This document shows positions 28,552 through 40,100 of a stretch of DNA of 64,000 nucleotides, piece by piece. Under the pieces are notes generated by a model that saw nothing but the letters and a program-made list of their open reading frames with translations, was not told the origin of the DNA and did not search any database. A program made the position numbers and the translations under genes. This DNA is from Anolis carolinensis. Its lineage: Eukaryota. Location: positions 20,243,608 through 20,307,607 of the forward strand of contig NW_026943821.1 in assembly GCF_035594765.1 (NCBI RefSeq), in the 5' to 3' direction. Numbering within the stretch: position 1 is the first letter of the stretch; the number at the start of each line of letters is the position of its first letter.

Positions 28552-28881
28552 CTCCCCAGAATCTCTACATTCCCTCTCCAAAGTAATGAATGAAATGGCT
28601 AATCATTACTGTTTAATGAGGCTGACTTATGTCCAAGCGCTGGAGCCCTGATCAAGATGTTGAAGGAGGGGAAGCTTGTTGCATGACAGTATTTGCTTCC
28701 TTTTGCTGTCTCTTGCTATGCATCATCAGATAGTGTTGTTTGCCCATCCCTAGGCCACCAAAAGTTGGAGATATATTGTGTTTTTATTTGCCAGGGCACC
28801 GAGGTCAAGGCAATCACCTATTCGGCCATGCAGATCCATGAGGAGGAGAAGCCTGAGGTCTTTGTCATCATTGACATCTAA
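23649..28881 (+). CDS. ZBTB8OS: Protein archease (RTCB tRNA-ligase cofactor), 171 aa
   Basis: Exons 23649-23757, 24751-24775, 26108-26229, 26780-26862, 27543-27595, 28284-28320, 28795-28881 = 516 nt; motifs YEYLDHTADVQLHAWGDTLEEAFEQ, SLLFHFLDEWLYKFS, GTEVKAITYS, VFVIIDI. Confidence 0.96.
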
Positions 28882-29213
28882 GCCAAGGAAGCAAAGGGCA
28901 TTGCTCATGTTTCCTAGCAGAAATATCACACAGGAAGGGAATATGCCACCTTGGAAAGACTTGGGAACTGGTTCAGTGAATGGCAACGGTTGAAAAATTA
29001 TCATGAAGGTGGCAGTGACCCTTTAGGAATGTCCAGATCCGGATGATGCATCATGCAAGAAACTGTTTACAAAGAGAATTTGTATGTATGGAAATATTAA
29101 CCAAGGGTCATCCTGATGGTGCTGCCTATATTGTTTTCAATGGAGTCAGAGAAAATATCCTTCTTTGGGGATGAAATAGAGCTAGAACTGAACACTTATC
29201 TTCTTCTAATCAT

Positions 29214-29219
29214 AATAAA
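29214..29219 (+). promoter_or_regulatory. Candidate ZBTB8OS poly(A) signal
   Basis: AATAAA about 330 nt after the stop. Confidence 0.55.
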
Positions 29220-30467
29220 ACTACCTCTTGGTTCTTCAGATATCACATAAACTTGATATGATAAAGTTTGCACAAAAAGGAACTAGTGCTTGAGTCTGGA
29301 TTATGCTGAATATATAGCAGTCCTATCTTCTGAAGGGTTTTTTTTTTGCAATATTATTTGTTTTTATTTCTATTTGTATCTCAAAAAAAGATTCAAAGCG
29401 GCTCACACTGAAACCAAGACCATGCAATTTTGGACCTAAAAATAATCAAACATTAAAATAAAATATAAACATGAAGCAGTTTTAAAAATAAACAATGAAA
29501 AACATGGAAGGATGTTCACCATTACCTTCTGAGGCTGAGAGAGTGTGTCTTGCCCAAAGTCTCATACTGAATTTCCAGAGCTGAGCAAGGATTCAAAACT
29601 GGATCTCACACTCAAACCATTGCAACAACAAATGTATTTAAAATATTTTATTAATTAAATAGTAATAGATCTATTACTATTTAATTAAGGCTCTGCATGT
29701 TCTGTAGGAAACAGGAAACAATTGAAAATGTGGATTAAAAGAGTGCCTTTGTAATATGAAAACTGGCTTTCAACCTATCAAAAATTAAAGGGATAAGGAA
29801 AAAAACTGTTTTAATGCCCCTAAAAAGCTAATTGTCCCCCCAAGGGGTTCCACCTCCTCATCTTGATATAAATACAGCACTATTATGTTGTGTTTAAAGG
29901 CCCAAAGCACCATAACAACATGGTCTGCTGTTAGGAATTGTGGGAGTTGAAGTCAAAATTTGCCCATGACTGGTCTAGACATAGTAATTCACGGTTGCTC
30001 TTGTGTGTGTGTATTTATGTATCTCCTGTTTACCTTAACTGTTCAGTTTCGAGAGATATATTTCTGGTTAAACAGGGCAGAAATAACAGGAACGCATGGT
30101 TACGAATTCAATTTTATGTTAAAGGACCCTAGCATAACATTCATTTTTACTATGCTTTTATATTTAATTGCGCAAATGAAAGAAAAGGATTTGTGCTTTT
30201 ATTTTAAATATCTGTGGAATGAACTATTTTCAGCTCAAATAAAATTCATACTGAAAATAGGTGTTCAAGACTTGTGAGTCCATAAAAATCTAAGGATCTG
30301 CTATAGCGGAAAGCTGCTGTGTCTCGCATACAAAGTTTGCTGAAATGCTTTTTTTTGGGGGGGGGGGGGCTGTGTGGAATTTTATCCCTATGCTTCTCAT
30401 TTGATTTCTGCCTGAGGGTCGGTCTTGGTGAGAGATTGAGTCTTGCCATCCATATCTATATCTATAG

Positions 30468-31141
30468 ACGTTACTAGGTGAAGTGGCCCTCTGTGGTGAT
30501 GTCACTGGATTGGCCCTTCCTAGGTAAAGGATTGGCTGTTGCTGGGTGAACTGGCCTTTGGTGATATCACTGGATTGGCCCTTCCTAGGTAAAGGATTGG
30601 TTGTTGCTAGGTGAAGTGGCCTTTGGTGATATCACTGGATTGGCCCTTCCTAGGTAAAGGATTGGCTGTTGCTGGGTGAAGTGGCCTTCAGTAATATCAC
30701 TGGATTGGCCCTTCCTAGGTAAAGGATTGGCTGTTGCTAGATGAAGTGGCCTTCTGTGATATCACTGGATTGGCCCTTCCTAGGTAAAGGATTGGCTGTT
30801 GCTGGGTGAAGTGGCCTTCAGTAATATCACTGGATTGGCCCTTCCTAGGTAAAGGATTGGCTGTTGCTAGATGAAGTGGCCTTCTGTGATATCACTGGAT
30901 TGGCCCTTCCTAGGTAAAGGATTGGCTGTTGCTGGGTGAAGTGGCCTTCGGTGATATCACTGGATTGGCCCTTCCTAGGTAAAGGATTGGCTGTTGCTGG
31001 GTGAAGTGGTCTTCGGTGATATCACTGGATTGGCCCTTAGGTAAAGGATTGGTTGTTGTTAGATGAAGTGGCCCTCTGGTGTCACTGAAGTGGTCCTAGG
31101 TAAAAGATTGCTAGGTGAAGTGGCCCTCTGTGATGTCACTG
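30468..31141. repeat. 65-bp minisatellite, about 10 units
   Basis: TGGATTGGCCCTTCCTAGGTAAAGGATTGGCTGTTGCT.. at 30506, 30571, 30636, 30701, 30766, 30831, 30896, 30961, 31026. Confidence 0.92.
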
Positions 31142-31432
31142 AGAAAGAAAGGTGACGTACATACGAGTATAAGGAAGGAAAGAGACAAGGGAAAGAGGAA
31201 AGGAGATGAGAGAAAGAAAAAGGAAGAGAAAGGAGGAAAGGAAGGCGTCTCAGGGAAAAGAAGGGAAAACATTGCCATTAAGACATTGTGAGAGAGGCGT
31301 CAGAGCTGGAGAAAGGAGAAAGCAGACGAGTATAACCGATTATATGTCTATCTGCCCGACCAACAGTAAACATTTTTTATTATTACAATGACTTCCAGGA
31401 ACAAATAGCCAGTGGTCACCAAACTCAACCTC

Positions 31433-34400
31433 TCAGGTGCTCTCCCCCAAAGAGTGCTGGTCGAAGAGGTGCTCCCCGAGGCCATTGTGGGGCACCTCCA
31501 GGCGCCGCAGGTTGGAAACGTGACCTCCCATCTCCTTGACAGTTGCCACTTGGTCCTCCAAGAAGGACTTTAGGAAGTCGCACATCTGCAAGGAGAGAGA
31601 AAGCAGGGAGGCTGAAAGAGTGAAGAACTTTTTGCAAGTTGCATGTGTCTGAATGGGAACTCTTGAGTGTATTCTCAGTCCCATCCTCCTTGTTCACTTA
31701 CGTGCGGATCCCCTTTCTGCAGAGCCAGATGGTGCAAATCCAGGAGAGCTTGGTTCAGGATGCGCTCCAGCCGTAAGGCGCTCTCAAAGGCCACCAAACT
31801 GTTCTCCCATTCATCCTTTTCTGGCTTCTGAGGAGGAAAGACCAAGCAGTAAGGAAAATCACTCATGTATTTACATTTTCATGACTACTCAGCCTTTGTC
31901 AATGGATGAAAGAGGGTTGTTGTGTGTTTTCCAGGCTGTATAGCCATGTTCCAGAAGTATTCTCTCCTGACGTTTCGCCCACATCTATGGCAGGCATCCT
32001 CAGAGATTGTGAGGTATATGGGAAAACTAAGAAAGGTTTATTTATTTATTTAATACATTTATATCCCGCCCTTCTCACCCGAAGGGGACTCAGAGCGGCT
32101 TAGAAATTAAATTTACATACAATATTGTATTATTAGCATAGCACAATACTGGCAATAAATTACCATATTGTACTGTATATATTGTAATATTAATTTTTTT
32201 TTCGAGTCAGGAGCAACTGGAGTTGCTTCTGGAGTGAGAGAATTGGCCGTCTGCAAGGACGTTGCCCAGGGGACGCCTGGATGTTTTTGATGTTTTGTGG
32301 GAGGCTTCTCTCATGTCCCCGCATGGAGCTGGAGCTGATAGAGGGAGCTCATCCGTGCTCTCCCTGGGTGGGATTTGAACCTGGCAGCTTTCAGGTCAGC
32401 AACCCAACCTTCAAGTCAGGAGGCTTTTATGCCCTAGGCCACCAGAGGCTCCTAAAATTATTAATAATATTACATGTCATATATAATATATTATTAATAT
32501 TATATTTTATTAATTTTAAGGTAAAGGTTTTCCCCTAACGTTAAGTCCAGTCATGTCTGACTCTCGGGGTTGGTCTTATCTCCATTTCTAAGCCAAAGAG
32601 TCGGTGTTGTCCGTAGACACCTCCAAGGTCATGTGGCTGGCATGACTGCATGGAGCGCCGTTACCTTCCCGCCGGAGCGGTACCTATTGATCTACTCACA
32701 TTGGCATGTTTTTGAACTGCTAGGTTGGCAGGAGCTGGGGCTAATAGCGGGCACTCATTCAGCTCCCGGGATTTGAACCTGGGACCTTTTGGTCTGCAAG
32801 TTCAGCAGCTCAGCGCTTTAACACACTGTGCCACCAGGGGCCCCTATATTGTATTATTATTTATTTATTTACAGTATTTATATTCCGCCCTTCTCACCCC
32901 GAAGGGGACTTAGGGCGGATCACATTATATACATATAGGGCAAACATTCAATGCCTTAACATAGAACAAAGACAGAGAGAAACGCAGGCTCCGAGCTGGC
33001 CTCGAATTCATGACCTCTTGGTCAGAGTGATTTGTTGCAGCTGGCTGCTCACCAGCCTGCGCCACAGCCCGGGCCTATTATATATATATAATACTAATAT
33101 TATTAGTATTATATTGTATTACAAAATAATNNNNNNNNNNNNNNNNNNNNNNNNNNNNNNNNNNNNNNNNNNNNNNNNNNNNNNNNNNNNNNNNNNNNNN
33201 NNNNNNNNNNNNNNNNNNNNNNNNNNNNNNNNNNNNNNNNNNNNNNNNNNNNNNNNNNNNNNNNNNNNNNNNTAACAACCTCTGAGGATGCCTGACATAG
33301 ATGTGGGCAAAACGTCAGGAGAGAATACTTCTGGAACATGGCCATACAGCCCGGAAAACACACCACAGCCCTGTGATTCTGGCCATGAAAGCCTTCGACA
33401 ACACAATAGATGAAAGTTTACTTCTTTCGTCCATTCACCTGAATGTCCTTCAGCATGATGCACCCTCCTCTCTTGTTCTGATACTTGAGAAACGCCTCTG
33501 CGTCCGCACTCTTCTTGAGGGACTCTTTGCTGAAGAAGTCGGCCACGTGCTTCAGGGCCACGTCGTCACGCTTAAAGTAGTGGGACTGGGGTCAAGGAGG
33601 GAGAAAAGAACAAGAAACCATCAAAGGCCCTTTACCAGATCCGTTGATCAGTGATCAGTATTTTCTGACGTTTTCTACTGGTGTTATATACATCCTATCC
33701 ATCAGTTTCCACACTCACAAATTACACTCTATAACAAAATTTGAAAAAGTTTCTGTTCCTGGTTTGAAAGTGTTACATCCTGTTTAATAGTGTGGTGCTT
33801 ACGTTGAAAATAGTTGTTCTACTTCAGAAACTTGGTTTTTGTGGCTACCACAAACTAGGTTGAATTGGTTGAGACTCTATGAGATATTCACTGAAAAACT
33901 AGAGCAAAATGTGCTGCAGGATGTCCCTCCTGCACAAACATTTTTGCAGCTTAGGAAACTTTTCCCATGTTTTTATGATAGAACCAATTAAGAAATGATA
34001 TATATACCCCAGGAACAAAAATCGTGTTAGATATAGTGTTATTGAGCTGTTCTCATCATGCTTTGATTACACTTACCGTATATACTCGAGTATAAGCCAA
34101 CCCCAATATAAGCCGAGGCACCTAATTTTACCATAAAAAACTGGGAAAACATTGACTCCAGTATAAGCCGAGATACCAGTAAAATTACTGTATATACTCG
34201 AGTATAAGCCTAATTTTTCAGCCCTTTTTTTAAGACTGAAAAAGGCCCCTCGGCTTATACTCGGGTGAGGGTCCTGGTTGGCTTGTATTTGGGTCAGCTT
34301 ATACTTGAGAATATATGGTACATTTATTATTTTTCTCTATTATTATTGGTATTATTACATTTATTTTTTTCTCTATTATTGTTGCTACTATTACCTTTAT

Positions 34401-35862
34401 TTTACTCTATTATTATTAATAATACATTTATTATTTATATCTGATCTTATTATTATTACATTTAATATTCTACTCTATTTATTATTACATGTATTATTTT
34501 CCTGTATTTATTATTATTATTATTATTACATGTATTATTTTACTCTATTATTATTAAAAGGATACATAAGCACATTTACATTGAAGAAGATGAGAATAAT
34601 GATTTGATCAGAGTTGGACAGTCTTATCTTAAATTTGAGCTTTATGTAAATATTCAAAAACATTTAACCTACCGATGCCTCATTTAATGTAATTTTATTG
34701 GTATCTATTTTTATTTCTGAAATTTACCGCTCTCGGCTTATACTGGAGTGAATGTTTTCCCAGTTTTTTTGTGGTAAAATTAGGTGCCTCGGCTTATATT
34801 CGGGTCGGCTTATACTCGAGTATATACAGTGATATTTTGGTGCTAAATTCGTAAATACATTAATTACTACGTAGCATTACTGCGTATTGAACTACTTTTT
34901 CAGTCAAATTTGTTGTATAACATGCTGTTTTGGTGCTTAATTTGTAAAATCATAACCTAATTTGATGTTTAATAGGCTTCTCCTTAATCTCTTATTATTA
35001 TCCAACATATTCGCTTATCCAACGTTCTGCCGGTCCGTTTATGTTGGATAAGTGAGACTCTACTGTACATGCAGTAGGTAGGTAGTTAGGCAGGTATGGT
35101 AAATAGATACAGATCAATAGAGAGTAGATAGGTATGATAGATAGATAGATTGGAGAGAGAGAGGGAGAGCAGATTCTCCCAAAGGGCCGGGCTGTGGCGC
35201 AGCTGGCTAGTAACCCGCTGCAATAAATCACTACTGACCGAGAGGTCATGAGTTCGAAGCCCGGGTCGGGTTAAGCCCCCGACCATTGAATAGCCCAGCT
35301 TGCTGTTGACCTATGCAGCTCCGAAAGACAGTTGCATCTGTCAAGTAGGGAAATTTAGGTACGCTTTATGCGGGGAGGCTAATTTAACTAATGTACAACA
35401 TCATAAAACTGCCAGCAAAACACGAGGAATGGAATGAGGAAGTACAGCCACTACTGGACAGTGAAGCAACAGCTCCCCCTGTGGCCGGAATCGTGAAGCT
35501 GGAAAAAAAAAAGTTAAATGCCTCTGTGTCTGTCTATATATGTTGTTTGTCTGTTGGCATGGAATGTTTGCCATATATGTGTTCATTGTAATCCGCCCTG
35601 AGTCCCCTTCCGGGTGAGAAGGGCGGAATATAAATACTGTAAATAAATAAATGAAATCAATGGGGTTAAGTCCAACAGTGCTGTTGAAACATGTCCTATT
35701 TGGATCTAAAGAAGAAGTGCTGAGCATGTCCCACAAGAGAGAAGCAGCACGCAGGCTTACCATGGAGAGGTAGGCATAGCTGGCATAAAGCTCCAGGTTG
35801 GCCACGCAGTTCACGGCCGCCTCGCACTCCACGTGGTAGTTCTGGTTCACCTGGGAGCCCAT
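31433..35862 (-). CDS. Ferritin subunit-like protein, 175 aa (H/M-type framework, degenerate ferroxidase centre)
   Basis: Exons 35862-35761, 33585-33439, 31827-31702, 31585-31433, all phase 0 and GT-AG at canonical ferritin intron positions; [59 protein letters not shown]; AATAAA at 31381-31376. Confidence 0.92.
31913..33403. mobile_element. Second inverted Penelope-like insertion with nested SINEs, in ferritin intron 2
   Basis: PLE termini at 31913-32030(-) and 33273-33403(+); TSD CAAT(G/A)GATGAAAG at 31900-31912 and 33404-33416; N gap inside. Confidence 0.75.
31966..32006 (-). ncRNA. Minimal hammerhead motif, intact core, sense to the ferritin pre-mRNA
   Basis: UCU-CUGAGGA-U-GCCUGC..GUGGGC-GAAACGUC-AGG. 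Confidence 0.65.
34076..34829. mobile_element. MITE family B
   Basis: TIRs CCGTATATACTCGAGTATAAGCC ... GGCTTATACTCGAGTATATACAG. Confidence 0.8.
35186..35650 (+). mobile_element. tRNA-derived SINE (Anolis SINE2-like)
   Basis: Head GGGCTGTGGCGCAG..GAGTTCGA, tail GCCCTGAGTCCCCTTC.GGGTGAGAAGGGCGG-(AAAT)n. Relatives at 32860-33075(-), 36517-36745(+), 55295-55849(+), 57345-57575(-). Confidence 0.7.
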
Positions 35863-37120
35863 CTCTCAGTGGCTCCCGGTTGAGTCAAGGGCCACTCCAG
35901 GTTTGGGCACTGAACATTTCTGCCGAAGGCCTGTGACTCACCACCATTGTTCGTCCATATAATGGGACTCAATGGACAGGGAATGCCATTCAATAGCAAG
36001 TGGAGATGAGCACGTGGCCTCGCAGCGTGACACAAGGGTCTCCATGGCACCAGGGAAGGACAAGGCGATGCCAAGCAACACAATCACACTAGACAGAGAT
36101 CTTGAAGGTCCACAGGGAGGATTCTTGCTCTTATGTATCCAGGAACCAAAGGCTATCTAAGAAATGGACTAACCTGAGGCTGTGGTTAGCAGCCAGCTTC
36201 AATAAATCACTCTGACCAAGAAGTCATGAGTTCAAGGCCAGCCCATGTCGGGGTGAGCACCCGAAAATTTAAAATATAGCCCCTGCTCGTTGCTGACCTA
36301 AGCAACCCGAAAGATAGTTGCAACTATCAAGTAGGAAATTTAGGTACTGATGATACCAACATAACGCACTTTCGGCCCCGTTTCTTTGGATCCAATCCAA
36401 GATTTTAATCAGTATATTTTCTATGTGATTTTTTATGACTGTTTTTATTGTTGATGGTTTTGTTCTATTGCTTGTTTTTATATTGTTGATGTCCGGGCTT
36501 GGCCCCATCTAAGCTCAGGCTGTGGCGCAGGCTGGAGAGCAGCTGCAATGAATCACTGCAATGAATCACTCTGACCAGGAGGTCATGAGTTCGAGGCCCG
36601 CTCGGAGCCTATGTTTGTCTTGTCTTTGTTCTATGTTAAAAGACATTGAATGTTTGCCTATATGTGTAATGTGATCCGCCCTGAGTCCCCTTCGGGGTGA
36701 GAAGGGCGGAATATAAATGCTGTAAATAAATAATAAATAAATAAATAGCACATATTTAAAAGAAAACTTCCACGCCTCCGTGAGTTGTAATAGAGTAACT
36801 TACAATGAAGTTGTGAACTTTTATTTCGAAGCGCTCCTCAACATTGGAAAAAAAAGGATTGAGAAGAGATCCGCTGAATACTATCAAAAGTGATCATTGT
36901 CGTCGAATGGCAAATGAAATGCCATCTTGGGATGGACGAAATCGCAAGACTTGGGAGTAAATGCAAAAAAGTCATACAACGCTCTGTCCATAAATGCATG
37001 CAAGTCATAGAAGAGAAAACGGATGGTACGTTTAACTGCAGGCCGGTTGGGAGTCGAACGGTCAAGACAAAGGAACGGCAACCGAAAAAGGGGGGTTCTC
37101 CGCATCCAGTCCGTTCTGGA

Positions 37121-40100
37121 CTACCTGACGTTTGGCTTCACGTCTTTCTCGTCGTCCTCGCTGTCGTCCACTTGCTGGATAACCAGGTCGGTGGAGCTGT
37201 CCTCGACAATTTCCACGTCGGATTTGTTGTCCTCGCTGTAATTCCAGCTGGAGTCCTTGTCCTCTTCCAAAGGGAACTCTGGCGGAGGCTCCGTGTTTAA
37301 GTCAATGCGGATGCTGTCGATCCCGGCTTCGGAGAGGCACTCGTTGCACAACCTGTAGCGCCGCGTCCCGTCCTGGACCACCTGCCCGGTCATCTCCGTC
37401 ACGTGCCGCTTGCACTTCCGGCAGATGGGCTTGCAAGCTTGGTGGATCTGCGGAGAAACGGAAGAAGGCCAATGAATTTCAACAAGAAGTGTAGGAGACT
37501 TTACCCAGGCAGAAAAAAATAAAATGTACAGTTACAGGACGGTGGCTGCCTGGCTTGACAACAATGTTATATGTGAAAGAGACCTTGAGAGTCTTTGTGA
37601 CTTTTTTTTTTACAGAAGGAAGTTTAACGAGTGGTGAAAATTAAAATGTATAATACAGTAGAGTCTCACTTATCCAAGCCTCGCTTAATCAACGTTCTGG
37701 ATTATCCAACGCATTTTTGTAGTCAATGTTTTCAATATATCGTGATATTTTGGTGCTAAATTCGTAAATACAGTAATTACTACATAGCATTACTGCGTAC
37801 TGAACTACTTTTTCTGTCAAATTTGTTGTATAACATGATGTTGTGGTGCTTAATTTGTAAAATCATAACCTATTTTGATATTTAATGGGCTTTTTCTTAA
37901 TCTCTCCTTATTATCCAACATATTCGCTTATCCAACATTCTGCTGGCCCGTTTATGTTGGATAAGTGAGACTCTACTGTAGTCAAATTTGAAACCCCCAC
38001 GTTGAAATAGTCTTTCCTTCTAAAAACCTTTTTTGAAGAAGAAAAGAACTAGAGCTTACAATGGCTGGTGGCTTGTGAACAGGTTGTGAAACAGTGAAAA
38101 TAAGCAGATAATTCAGGTGTACAGTACAATCTCACTTATCCAAGCTAAACAGGCCGGCAGAAGCTTGGATAAGCGAATATTTTGGATAATAAGGAGGGAT
38201 TAAGGAAAAGTCTATTAAACATCAAATTAGATTATGATTTTACAAATTAGGCACCAAAACATCATGTTATACCACAAATTGGACAGAAAAAGTAGTTCAA
38301 TACGCCATCATGTTATGTTGTAATTACTGTATTTACGAATTTAGCACCAAAATATCACAATATATTGCAAACATTGACTACAAAAATGGCTTGGATAATC
38401 CAGAAGCTTGGATAAGCGAGACTTGGATAAGTGTGTTTCTTTGCCAAGTACTTTTGCATTTTTATATTGCCATTTGTTCAGATTTATTTGTTTATTTTCT
38501 TTTTAATATAAATATGGACACTTTTTAAAAATATAAATATGGACACTTTTTTAAAAAAAGAGTCTTTGTGGACAAGCTGAACATGAGCCAACAATGGGAT
38601 GCAGCAGCTGAAAAAGCCAATAGGATTTTGGGCTACATCAAAAGGTCGCACCGTTCGGAAATGGCTGGTGAGGTGGTCCAAGCGGCTGAAGCGCTTCCCG
38701 CAGGCCTCGCAGGGGTAGGGCCGCTCTCCCGTGTGGCAGCGCAAGTGGCGCTTGAGGTCTGCTTTCCGCTTCACCACGTGCGTGCAGAAGGGGCACTTGA
38801 AGCGCGTCCGGGGCAGGTCCTCTGCAAGGGGAGGGAGGGAGGGAAAGCAAGCCTTGTTAAGATCCTAAAAAGGGGGGGGGGGCATAACACATTTAGCACC
38901 ACTCTGTATCCACATACATACAGTCGCTTCTTCCAAGGATGTAAACACTGTACATGAACATGCAAGCAACACCGCAATTAAGTCCTGGCCCCACTCTCAT
39001 CTTCTGCTTTGGTCAGACCTTCTCACCTGTAATGACACTTGGTCCAAATCTGGGCAACAACATTCAAAGAGGAAATGGACACCATGGTAGATAGACAGAT
39101 ATGGTAGATAGATACGGTAGACAGACAGACGGATATGGTAGACAGTTAAGATATAGTAGAAAGAGACAGATACGGTAGATCGAAAGATACGGTAGATCGA
39201 AAGATATAGTAGATCGAAAGATACGGTAGACATACAGACAGATATGGGAGATAGTTAAGATATGGTAGAACGACAGACAGATACAGTAGATCAAAAGATA
39301 TGGTAGATTGATAGATACGGTTGATCAATATATACAGTAGACAGACAGATATGGGAGATAGTTAAGATATGGTAGAACGACAGACAGATACAGTAGATCA
39401 AAAGATATGGTAGATTGATAGATACGGTTGATCAATATATACAGTAGACAGACAGATATGGGAGATAGTTAAGATATAGTAGAACGACAGACAGATACGG
39501 TAGATCGATAGATATGGTAGATCGATAGATNNNNNNNNNNNNNNNNNNNNNNNNNNNNNNNNNNNNNNNNNNNNNNNNNNNNNNNNNNNNNNNNNNNNNN
39601 NNNNNNNNNNNNNNNNNNNNNNNNNNNNNNNNNNNNNNNNNNNNNNNNNNNNNNNNNNNNNNNNNNNNAATAGGCAGAAAGATAGGGTAGATACACGAAT
39701 ATGGTAGGTAGGTAGGTAGATAGAGTAAATAGATAGGTGTCCAGAGAAAGTGACCAATTCTGGAAACCATGAATCTCTCAGAGGAGTGCCTTATCAATAC
39801 ATATAATATTGATAATAATATTATAATGGAATACAATATTATACTACTAATAATACAATATAATAATAATTATATATTATATATTAAATGTAATATTACT
39901 AATAATATTACCATATAATGATATAAAGAAGCCCCGGTGGCAAAGTGCGTTAAAGCACTGAGCTGCAGACTGAAAGGTCCCAGGTTCAAGCCCCGGGAGC
40001 GGAATGAGTGCCCGCTGTTAGCCCCAGCTCCTGCCAACCTAGCAGTTCGAAAACATGTCAATGTGAGAGTAGATCAATGGGTACCGCTCCGGCGGGAAGG

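Noticed and set aside
30468-31141. CRISPR-like appearance of the regular repeats (also 46640 and 60125 arrays)
   Set aside because: Head-to-tail units with no unique spacers, no cas genes, and a eukaryotic context.
35895-35925. CAGTGC loop in the ferritin upstream region as an IRE
   Set aside because: The flanks (ATGTT / CCAAA) do not form the 5-bp upper stem and there is no bulged C; at most a relic.
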